Origin: Escherichia coli
Lineage (GTDB): Bacteria > Pseudomonadota > Gammaproteobacteria > Enterobacterales > Enterobacteriaceae
Direction: 5' to 3' (one strand)
DNA: 31,100 bases
Assembly (NCBI RefSeq): GCF_003334765.1
Contig: NZ_QOWT01000040.1
Made by a program: the position numbers and the translations under genes. Under the pieces are notes generated by a model. It made no database searches. It was not told where the DNA came from and was given only the letters and a program-made list of their open reading frames with translations. Position 1 is the stretch's first letter. Every line of letters begins with the position of its first letter. This document shows positions 1-8,221 of the stretch, piece by piece.

Positions 1-106
1 AAATCGGCTCAAACATGAAGAAATGAAATGACTGAGTCAGCCGAGAAGTATTTCCCCGCTTATTCGCACCTTCCTTAGTCGCGCGCTGAATGGAATTTAC
101 GCCTCT

Positions 107-487
107 TTGGAAACATCTGATTGGGGAATAATGAAGTTATTTGAGGATTTAGCATATAGAAATTATAAGTCAAGCGCATGGTCCGCTATGCTAAGAAATA
201 AATTAAGATTGAGAATGGACGATAAGCTTGATGAAAAGATAATTTCAATAATTAATGAGAAAGAGCTTGGTAAAAAGTTTTATAGAATTGACAGAGATCG
301 TTTGTTATCGTTAATGTTAGATTATAATATTGATATACCAATTAATCTTAATAATATAATTTACCTTTGTAATTATTTTTTCATAAAATCTACGGAGCTT
401 CAGGATATAGCCCCTGCTTTAATAATGAAAAAGCTTACAGATGCTGATGAAAAATTCAATAAAAATACTATTTTAGCATCTAAATAA
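107..487 (+). CDS. Hypothetical protein, low-GC orphan (TTG start at 107; first ATG at 131)
   Basis: 126-aa ORF from the six-frame track; AT-rich; no recognisable motif; convergent with the recombinase/ParB operon; followed by the 505-534 hairpin. Confidence 0.4.
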   Translation: METSDWGIMKLFEDLAYRNYKSSAWSAMLRNKLRLRMDDKLDEKIISIINEKELGKKFYRIDRDRLLSLMLDYNIDIPINLNNIIYLCNYFFIKSTELQDIAPALIMKKLTDADEKFNKNTILASK

Positions 488-504
488 TAACTATCTCCGG
501 CTAT

Positions 505-534
505 TAAGTAGGCCTTGTATTTTAGGCCTACTTA
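505..534. repeat. Perfect 10-bp stem hairpin (taagtaggcc / ggcctactta, 10-nt loop)
   Basis: Inverted repeat read directly from the sequence, 18 bp after the ORF 107-487 stop. No U-tract follows on either strand, so it is not a canonical intrinsic terminator. Confidence 0.5.
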
Positions 535-866
535 AAAAGTTTCATTATGTGAAGTGATGATGATAGCAAATCTGATATCTTTATGGTTGGATGCGAGAAA
601 ATATTTTTATCCCGACACAACAACTGGTAATGATAGAAAATTTAAACCCAAAAATGCTACAGTAGCCTCAGCTCACAAACGGAGTATAAAGTGGCGGTTA
701 CTCTTTAGTGGGAATACTGTAGATAGTTGATAAACTGGGCTGGATTTTCTTTTCTAACCGAAGGGAAGAAAAGCAAGGGGAACCCAAAGAAACAAGCGCA
801 GCGGCTTCGTAGGGTTAGCCCTTGCTTCTTTTATAATTGGCATTATTCATTCAAGAACAATAGGAT

Positions 867-886
867 CTTCGCTTGTACAAGCGAAG
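867..886. repeat. Perfect 20-bp palindrome CTTCGCTTGTACAAGCGAAG
   Basis: The sequence equals its own reverse complement. Lies in the AT-rich non-coding stretch of the island. Confidence 0.7.
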
Positions 887-1005
887 CTATAATAAAAAAT
901 CAATTAATTATTTTAAAAGTATTAAGCAAGAGCCTATTGACATTCGTAAAATAAAAGTTATTTTTAATGTATGCCATAAATAAAAAGTTTTATGTCATAT
1001 GTATC

Positions 1006-1020
1006 CTGCACTATGTGCAG
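1006..1020. repeat. Inverted repeat CTGCAC-TAT-GTGCAG
   Basis: 6-bp arms with a 3-bp spacer, read directly from the sequence. Confidence 0.5.
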
Positions 1021-1036
1021 TTAATGTGCCACTTGT

Positions 1037-1048
1037 CCCATATATGGG
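1037..1048. repeat. Perfect 12-bp palindrome CCCATATATGGG
   Basis: Self-complementary sequence read directly; 17 bp from the 1006-1020 repeat. Confidence 0.55.
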
Positions 1049-1539
1049 AATATTGGAAAGGTTACTTTGTTTTGAAGTAGCCTTTCGTCCTTCAATATTC
1101 ACGATTACTTATTGCTATTACCAAGTCCAGTCGAATCGAAGAACATCTTTTATCTGAAACGACTCCTAATACCAGGTTGAAGCCACAATATCTCTCGCAT
1201 AAGTAGACCAAAGAAAAATTATGATATTAACTATGTGATTTTTTTTAGTGTTAAGTTGAATAATTATATACTGGAGAGTTTTCTGTACACTACCAATTGC
1301 TGGTTCATCTGTTCTGCCGCTGATGTTTCTGACTAATCTCCCGGTGACACAGAACTGTCCCTCTCTACCAGCCTTTATTCGACTCAATGTCCGGCTGCTG
1401 ATACGCAGTTATCCCTTCGTATCAATGACTGACTCTTAAACGCAATGCTTTGGTTGCTGGCGTATCTGACAGCTTCTTCGGCGTGAAGGTCGTTGTGTAA
1501 GTATACTTCTTGGTTTATTTAGGCTATATAAAACCATGA

Positions 1540-2436
1540 CTATGACTGGCTGTTTTCAGTAAGAGTCTTATCATCCAAAGAATTTATTCTAGAAATTCTT
1601 TTTAACTCATTAAGATAATCAACCTCGTTTTCTAAGAACCAATGAAGAACTTTAGAGTTGCCAAGTAATTTATTAATATATGACTGGATTATAACGAATT
1701 TCAACATATCTGAACCATACTCGGTTTGAAGTTTTTTCGTTTCTTCCGAAGTTGTTGCCATTTCTTGTTCCAGACGAAGTATGGTTTTTTTTATGTCCTT
1801 TTTATAGGGAGTGTTTTTCCCTTTATTTACTATCATCGATGACGGTGTTGCATCCAAGATGCTCATTGCAAATTTTTTACTATAATTATCAAAATTAATC
1901 ATTGTACCGACTGCTTCAATTTGACGAATTGGCTTCATTTTCCTCAAAACGTCAAATGTAGCCTTAGGTATAGGTTTATCAGAAAGTTTCGCAATTACAC
2001 TTGGATCTATGCCGTTCATCACATTAGCTTTATCTTTTATGGCATCAACAGATATGCCCAAAGCAGCACTAAGTTTTTCAATTGATACTTTTGCCAGAGA
2101 CTTAATTATCATTCTATGTTCTTCAACTACATTTATATGATTCACTTGTTTGTTAGGAGTGAAAGCATCATCTATGCTCGAAAGTATACATGGAGCTTTT
2201 TCTATATCTAAGTCTTTTAAAGCCTCAACCCTTAAATGGCCATCAAGTATCTTAGTGACATCTTTATCTTTGTCATAGAATACTATTATTGGTTCAATAA
2301 TACCCAAGCTTTCGATAGAGGTAACTATTTGATGATATTTATGGCTTCGCTTTACGTTTTCTAATAATTCCTTAGATGGAATTAACTTATTAGTTTCCAG
2401 GTAAATAAAATTTTTGCCAAAACGTATCTGAATCAT
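1540..2436 (-). CDS. ParB/Srx-like protein B (298 aa), third gene of the operon
   Basis: ParB-like N-terminal layout (IIEPIIV...ILDGHLRVEAL...APCIL) followed by a helix-turn-helix-like segment (SIEKLSAALGISVDAI). ATG overlaps the stop of the upstream gene by 4 nt (ATGA). Confidence 0.6.
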   Translation of the reverse strand: MIQIRFGKNFIYLETNKLIPSKELLENVKRSHKYHQIVTSIESLGIIEPIIVFYDKDKDVTKILDGHLRVEALKDLDIEKAPCILSSIDDAFTPNKQVNHINVVEEHRMIIKSLAKVSIEKLSAALGISVDAIKDKANVMNGIDPSVIAKLSDKPIPKATFDVLRKMKPIRQIEAVGTMINFDNYSKKFAMSILDATPSSMIVNKGKNTPYKKDIKKTILRLEQEMATTSEETKKLQTEYGSDMLKFVIIQSYINKLLGNSKVLHWFLENEVDYLNELKRISRINSLDDKTLTENSQS

Positions 2437-3329
2437 TTTGATACCTCTTTGTTTACTGGGTTTAATATCTGAGATGGTAGTTCTGAAAGATTCTCTTGTT
2501 CAAGTATATTTTGAAAGCTTTTATTCATCATTATGATGTTAAAAATCTCATTTATTATTAGTAGATTGGTTTTTATAAATTTCGAGTTGTTATAAACAGA
2601 TTTATGTTCAGCGATACTATTTTCATAAAGCTCAATCAACTCCTCTGCAGTCATCCTTTTTGATGGTTTGTGATAATAAAATCCGGCTGCTTTTGCACCT
2701 TTATTCCCAACTGTTCTTTGATTTAGAATGTATTTTATCTTTATAATGTCCCGACTTTTTATTAATTTTTTATCATATGCTTCGGTAAGAATATCTTGTG
2801 CTTCCTCAGTTTCACATCTTGCAAATTGCACTGCGAGATACAGAGGCAAATTACCCCGTTCGACTGCTGAGAGAAGTTTATGCTCTCCCTTATCAAGAAG
2901 CATATTAATACTGCTCACCCAGTTCGATGAATATCCAGTAATCTCACTTATTTCGGAGTCTGAAAGTCCTCTGATTTTCATGTCTTTAATCACCTGTAAT
3001 AACTCATTAGAACGTGGTCTTCTCCTTGCAATGTTTTCAACTAAACTCATAACGTAAGCATCTTCTTCTGATACATCTCTTATAATTGCTGGAATAATAG
3101 TTTCACCTAATGCAACAAGAGCCTCTATTCTCCCTTGACCACAAATTAAAGCATATTTGAAATCGTCTTCATCAATAGCTCTTACGCTTATAGGCTTGCT
3201 TAATCCTCTTTTTTTTATGCTTTCCTTTATTTCTTCATGCACTACCTTATTTCTTGTTCGTGGGTTAAGAAATTTTATTTTTGCAATCTCAATTTGAATT
3301 ATTGGGAATTCATTTTTTTCAGGCAGCAT
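2433..3329 (-). CDS. ParB/Srx-like protein A (298 aa), second gene of the operon
   Basis: Close positional match to ParB/Spo0J N-terminal domain plus HTH: PISVRAI...ICGQGRIEAL...IPAIIRDVSEEDAYVMSLVENIARR...LSDSEISEITGYSSNWVSSINMLL. GAGGG Shine-Dalgarno 7 nt upstream; start overlaps the recombinase stop by 11 nt. Confidence 0.65.
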   Translation of the reverse strand: MLPEKNEFPIIQIEIAKIKFLNPRTRNKVVHEEIKESIKKRGLSKPISVRAIDEDDFKYALICGQGRIEALVALGETIIPAIIRDVSEEDAYVMSLVENIARRRPRSNELLQVIKDMKIRGLSDSEISEITGYSSNWVSSINMLLDKGEHKLLSAVERGNLPLYLAVQFARCETEEAQDILTEAYDKKLIKSRDIIKIKYILNQRTVGNKGAKAAGFYYHKPSKRMTAEELIELYENSIAEHKSVYNNSKFIKTNLLIINEIFNIIMMNKSFQNILEQENLSELPSQILNPVNKEVSK

Positions 3330-4875
3330 ATAGTTCCCTCACTTTCATGCGAGTAATAATTTGTAGAAATTTATCAAGATTATCAAATCTATAGAGATCT
3401 AACCGAATGTTGTTTGTTTCCATCATACACATTTTACTATATTCGTTTTCAATCTTTGGTATGATATAAAAATCAAGAGGTGAAATATTTTGTGAATTCA
3501 TTCGTATAACAATTGTTATGTCTGCTTTCTGTGAGTTATCAAACCGGACTTTCCATCTAAGTTTACCTGATTTCATATGTATGCATTTAGTAACAAGGAC
3601 GGAAATTAAAAACTCATCATTGATGTAAAGCATTGGGTAATATTTATACTCGTCTATATGACAGTTACTTTTTAATATTTCGCCCTTAAAATCCTCAATT
3701 ATCTCTGAGTAAAATGATCTTAGTGCTTCATTTATTTGGAGATAGCTGTAATCATGTTCTGGCTTATAACCAATCAAAGTATATGCTCTTAAAAGACCAC
3801 CAAATCGGGTTCTATAAACAGAAGATGAAGGGCCTGTATCATCTTCATCAATGATAAAGCCTGATAGTTTTCCATTAGATTCTAATTTTTCTTTTAGCTT
3901 TTCTAATAGATCTTCATTAGTCAAATGAATGGATCGGAGCTGAATTATTTCTTGAGCTTTATTATATTTTTTCTTTGAAATAATTGGTTTATATGCCTTG
4001 TCACATCTAATCCATTCATGTTTGGGGTTTTTTACAAGCTTACTTTTTAGTTTAGATGAGGTTTTGTTATATATGTTGTTTCCAATATATTTTTCATTTG
4101 TCAAAATTTGATGTATTTTTGCACGAGTCCATGATGTTCCATTTTCTGCAGGTATGCTCTGTTCATTTAATCTCTCAGCAATAATGAATTCTGGGACGTT
4201 ACTATCTATAAAGAGATCATAGATTCTATTTACAATTTTTATTTCATTTTTTGGTCCCGGAATTAATATTACCCTATCTGTTTGAATACTCTTTCTTTTG
4301 CGGAAATTCAATATTTCTTTAGCTATGCCATTTTCGTCTACTAAAAGACGTCTCAGCCCATAACCAGCCATACCGCCTTGATGATAACCAAGCTTTATTA
4401 AATTTACTTGCCCTATAAATACCTTTTCAGATAGATTCCTGCTGTGATATGCAGCACTTGATCTTTTTATATTCAGTATAACAGAGGACTCTAAAGGGAA
4501 ATCTTTAGTGGGTATAGGTTCGGAACAATATATAAGATCTACACCATTTCTTTCAAATAGAAAGGAATAATATGCAGCTTCATCACTATTTTGAAAACGA
4601 CCAAAACGGCTCACATCATAAAATAATACAGCCTGTATATCTATTTTCTTTTGTTCTACATCGCTAAGTAACTGCTGCAAAGAATGCCTGCCTACGATAC
4701 TGACTCCGCTCTTACCTGCATCATCGTAGGTATAAGCGATTTCCATATTGTTCTTTTCAGCATAATCTTTGATATATTCAGACTGATTATGTAAAGAATA
4801 TTGCTGATGGTCGGTAGACATCCTCAAGTACTGTGCGACCCTAACTCTATGATTTTTTTCATTTCCGCTAGCCAT
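3319..4875 (-). CDS. Large serine recombinase-like protein (about 518 aa; track ORF starts at TTG 4881, first ATG at 4875)
   Basis: Resolvase-type catalytic domain motifs in the right order: YLRMSTDHQ (presumed nucleophile Ser), DDAGKSG, RHSLQQLL, VSRFGR. Then a recombinase-domain signature: GGMAGYGL ... WTRAKIHQILTNEKYIGN. GAGG Shine-Dalgarno upstream of the ATG. Confidence 0.7.
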   Translation of the reverse strand: MASGNEKNHRVRVAQYLRMSTDHQQYSLHNQSEYIKDYAEKNNMEIAYTYDDAGKSGVSIVGRHSLQQLLSDVEQKKIDIQAVLFYDVSRFGRFQNSDEAAYYSFLFERNGVDLIYCSEPIPTKDFPLESSVILNIKRSSAAYHSRNLSEKVFIGQVNLIKLGYHQGGMAGYGLRRLLVDENGIAKEILNFRKRKSIQTDRVILIPGPKNEIKIVNRIYDLFIDSNVPEFIIAERLNEQSIPAENGTSWTRAKIHQILTNEKYIGNNIYNKTSSKLKSKLVKNPKHEWIRCDKAYKPIISKKKYNKAQEIIQLRSIHLTNEDLLEKLKEKLESNGKLSGFIIDEDDTGPSSSVYRTRFGGLLRAYTLIGYKPEHDYSYLQINEALRSFYSEIIEDFKGEILKSNCHIDEYKYYPMLYINDEFLISVLVTKCIHMKSGKLRWKVRFDNSQKADITIVIRMNSQNISPLDFYIIPKIENEYSKMCMMETNNIRLDLYRFDNLDKFLQIITRMKVRELYAA

Positions 4876-5157
4876 GCACAAAACCTCATGGATGATTCAA
4901 TACAATGTAGAGGATAAAATTGATCAAATTTTAACCGAATTCAACTGTTTTATCATTGATTAGAGCGAATTTGGTAGTTCTTCGAGGTGTATGATAATCG
5001 AGAAGAGATGTGAATTATTTAGCTGATATGACCGACAGCTTTCGTTATGTGGCCTCAAGGTACCCATTTGTAAATGGCTATGCTTAGTCCACATAGGTTA
5101 ATGGTGTGATCATTAATTCTTCAAATAAATCAAGATAGTTAACCCATCATGGAAGAG

Positions 5158-6387
5158 TTATGCGGCAATAACTTTGTATTTTTGAGACGAAACATAGTCA
5201 CTCCACCATTGCATGAGAACCACACGTTCTGTGAGATACTCTGCACGATTGTAGGCTGCAATTATTTCATCTTTTTTCGAGTGGGCAAGGGCGGCTTCTA
5301 AGACATCAGTTCTAAACTTGCCACACTCCTCAGCCGCCGTTCTAGCGATTGATCGCATACCATGAGCTACAAGCTCACCTCCGAAGCCCATACGGATTAT
5401 AGCCGCATTAGCTGTTTGTTCATGCATGTGATTGAGTGGAGCTTTGATACTGGGAAAAACCCACTCTCTATGCCCGCTGATGGCTTTCATTGAATCCAAG
5501 ACTCGCAAAGATTCTTTGCTCAGTGGAACTTTGTGAGGCTTCTTCATTTTCATAAACTCCGCCGGGATGTTCCACATGCTGGTTTCTATATCAATATCTG
5601 ACCATCTTGTGCGAACAGCTTCACCAGGGCGAACCCATGTGAGAAGTTGCCACTCAATCAGTAGCCTTGTTTCTAAACGGATAGAAGCATTGTTTAGAGC
5701 AACCAGGAAGCGGGGGAGTTCGGAAGGGGGTAATGCTGGCATATTCTGTTTTTTTGGCTTGCTGAACCGTTGCCCCAGGTTGTCAGCCGGATTGAATTCT
5801 ATGAGTTCTTCTGTTGCTGCATAGCGGAAAATTTCATTCAGGCGGGATATGACGCGGCGAAGTGTTTCAAGGACACCTCGTTTTTCTATGGGGTCTAAAT
5901 GCTGTTTAAGCATTTTAGGGCGAATCTCCTTAATGGGGGTATCACCCAACGTTGGAAAGATATTTCTCTCTAGGCTTCGCCAGATGTCGTTAGCATGATC
6001 CTGGGAGATGCCTGACGTTTTGACTTTCTCATCAAGCCACTTCTTGGCTACTGCTTGAAATGTATGTTCCGTTGCATCCTTAAGGGCATTGGCTTTGTGG
6101 GTGTTATGAATTTGTGGGTCTATACCATTTGCAAGCAACGACAAGTACTCATCACGTAAAGCTCGTGCCTTCGCAAGTGTAAGGTGAGGATAGGTTCCTA
6201 AGCTCACCTTAGTTCGCTTTTTGGTCACAGGCACTGCATATCTGAAATACCAATTTTTCTTTCCTCCCTTCGCTAAGGGGGCGATTCGCAGGAGCAAACC
6301 ATCGCCGTCAAAAAGGTTAACCTCTTTCTCGGCAGGTTTGGTGCTTTTGATTTCAGTGTCAGTGAGCTTCTTAGCGATTTTTGCCAT
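5158..6387 (-). CDS. P4-family tyrosine integrase (409 aa from MAKIAKKLTDTEIK; the track ORF extends upstream to 6531)
   Basis: N-terminus typical of P4/CP4-57-type integrases; C-terminal tyrosine recombinase motifs (HGMRSIARTAAE ... AHSKKDEIIAAYNRAEY); sits directly beside the ssrA 3' end. Confidence 0.85.
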   Translation of the reverse strand: MAKIAKKLTDTEIKSTKPAEKEVNLFDGDGLLLRIAPLAKGGKKNWYFRYAVPVTKKRTKVSLGTYPHLTLAKARALRDEYLSLLANGIDPQIHNTHKANALKDATEHTFQAVAKKWLDEKVKTSGISQDHANDIWRSLERNIFPTLGDTPIKEIRPKMLKQHLDPIEKRGVLETLRRVISRLNEIFRYAATEELIEFNPADNLGQRFSKPKKQNMPALPPSELPRFLVALNNASIRLETRLLIEWQLLTWVRPGEAVRTRWSDIDIETSMWNIPAEFMKMKKPHKVPLSKESLRVLDSMKAISGHREWVFPSIKAPLNHMHEQTANAAIIRMGFGGELVAHGMRSIARTAAEECGKFRTDVLEAALAHSKKDEIIAAYNRAEYLTERVVLMQWWSDYVSSQKYKVIAA

Positions 6388-6553
6388 GTTTGGGACCCTC
6401 ATGTTTTGGACCCTTTGTGTTGGGTCCCAAAAAGGGTGCCATAACGAGTAGATTCTAGCAATTCTCGGTAGACTACTATAGACGTAAAAAAGCCCGCAAG
6501 GCTGGTTCCATGCGGGCTTGATAGACTTCACTGAACTTCAATATATCAAAAAT

Positions 6554-6916
6554 TGGTGGAGCTGGCGGGAGTTGAACCCGCGTCCGAAATTCCTACATCC
6601 TCGGTACTACATGCTTAGTCAGTCTTTACATTCGCTTGCCAGCTGCGGACGGACACGCCACTAACAAACTAGCCTGATTAAGTTTTAACGCTTCAACCCC
6701 AGGCAGGGCTTCCACGCGATCTCTTTTGGGTTTGACCTCTCTTGATCCCCGTCCTAAGAGCGGAGGCTAGGGAGAGAGGGCTCTAAGCAGGTTATTAAGC
6801 TGCTAAAGCGTAGTTTTCGTCGTTTGCGACTATTTTTTGCGGCTTTTTACGAGGCCAACCGCCCCTCGGCATGCACCTTGGGTTTCGCAAATCCCGTCGA
6901 ATCCAGAATCAGCCCC
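6554..6916 (-). ncRNA. ssrA: tmRNA (SsrA), 363 nt
   Basis: Reverse complement reads GGGGCTGATTCTGGATTCGACGGGATTTGCGAAACCC ... GGGTTCAACTCCCGCCAGCTCCACCA, i.e. the tRNA-like 5' and 3' ends of tmRNA including the CCA end. Confidence 0.92.
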
Positions 6917-7130
6917 AATGTGTAAAGGTAAGTATACCAGATTTATGAGCGCCATGACCAGCCTCAATGGCGTTATCGTTAAAGATTTAGCACCCATGTA
7001 GCCTGATTTTTATTCGATTAAGCAATGGGATGGCAACATTTGTGTCGGATGTGATAGCCAATAAGATGTTCATTCGCGCCGCCGGAGAGGGAGGCGCGGT
7101 GAGGAACTGGTCAATAATTGGAGTGCAGGT

Positions 7131-7613
7131 TTAACGGTGGGCGTTTTTCATGATACGTGCTTTATCCACCTGCCATTCGCGCTCTTTGATATCTGAACGT
7201 TTATCGTGCTGTTTCTTACCTTTGGCGACGCCGATTTTCACTTTGCACCAGGCATTTTTCCAGTACAGGGAGAGCGCCACTACGGTATAGCCTTCTCGAT
7301 TGACGCGACCGTACAATGAGTCCAGTTCGCGCTGGTTGAGAAGTAACTTGCGGGTACGGGTAGGATCGCACACCACATGCGTGGAGGCCACGGCCATTGG
7401 CGTGATGTTAGCGCCAAACAGAAATGCCTCTCCGTCACGCAGAAGGACGTAGCTGTCGCTGATATTGGCTTTTCCTGCGCGCAGGGATTTAACTTCCCAG
7501 CCTTGCAGGGCAAGTCCCGCTTCGAACTCTTCTTCGATAAAGTATTCGTGACGGGCGCGCTTGTTAAGCGCGATGGTCGCTGAACCAGGTTTATGTGCTT
7601 TTTTCTTCGTCAT
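7131..7613 (-). CDS. smpB: SsrA-binding protein SmpB (160 aa)
   Basis: Recognised translation ([28 protein letters not shown]...); located beside ssrA. Confidence 0.92.
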
Positions 7614-7744
7614 AAGCGTCGTGAATCATCGGTAATCTGAAATCGAAAACACCCCATATCAATCCTGCGGGGGACAAGGCTCTATCTTAGCATGAACCCG
7701 ATGTTACCCAGCGCCGGGATAGCGTTTTTTTTACAGCAGGATAA

Positions 7745-8221
7745 ATGATATTATTTGTTGGATTTTTGTTGATGGAAATTGTTATGCCTCAGATTAGCCG
7801 GACCGCACTGGTACCCTACAGCGCGGAGCAAATGTATCAGTTAGTGAATGACGTTCAGTCTTATCCTCAGTTTTTGCCGGGTTGTACCGGAAGTCGGATT
7901 CTGGAGTCCACTCCTGGGCAGATGACTGCGGCGGTAGATGTCTCTAAGGCTGGGATCAGCAAAACGTTTACTACCCGCAACCAGTTGACCAGTAACCAAA
8001 GTATTCTTATGAATCTGGTGGATGGGCCGTTCAAGAAATTGATTGGTGGATGGAAGTTTACGCCGCTGAGCCAGGAGGCGTGTCGTATCGAGTTTCATCT
8101 CGACTTTGAGTTTACCAATAAGTTGATTGAACTCGCCTTTGGTCGCGTGTTTAAAGAGCTGGCGGCTAATATGGTCCAGGCTTTTACGGTTCGTGCGAAA
8201 GAGGTTTACAGTGCCAGGTAA
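7745..8221 (+). CDS. ratA: Ribosome association toxin RatA (SRPBCC family, 158 aa)
   Basis: Recognised translation and synteny with smpB. Confidence 0.85.
   Translation: MILFVGFLLMEIVMPQISRTALVPYSAEQMYQLVNDVQSYPQFLPGCTGSRILESTPGQMTAAVDVSKAGISKTFTTRNQLTSNQSILMNLVDGPFKKLIGGWKFTPLSQEACRIEFHLDFEFTNKLIELAFGRVFKELAANMVQAFTVRAKEVYSAR

Larger units (their letters stand above)
1..6553. mobile_element. Integrated genomic island at the ssrA 3' end (partial; continues beyond window start)
   Basis: Tyrosine integrase immediately adjacent to the tmRNA 3' end; AT-rich cargo (roughly 30% GC by eye versus about 50% in the core); gene content unlike the flanking core. No second copy of the ssrA 3' end was found inside 1-6553, so the distal att site is presumably outside the window. 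Confidence 0.75.

Noticed and set aside
727-954. 75-aa plus-strand ORF in the AT-rich non-coding stretch (and the 73-aa minus-strand ORF at 1166-1387)
   Set aside because: No Shine-Dalgarno, low-complexity translation, and the first spans the 20-bp palindrome; more likely non-coding. They are kept only as part of the non-coding-region finding.
6388-6531. 48-codon N-terminal extension of the integrase ORF in the six-frame track
   Set aside because: The extension (MKSIKPAWNQ...) precedes the conserved integrase N-terminus MAKIAKKLTDTEIK and runs into the ssrA-proximal att region; the internal ATG at 6387 is the more plausible start.
1-6553. Second copy of the ssrA 3' end that would mark the far end of the island
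   Set aside because: Looked for the ssrA 3'-terminal sequence (GAGTTGAACCCGCGTCC and neighbours) within 1-6553 and did not see it; the far boundary is therefore probably outside the window, so the island extent is left open.
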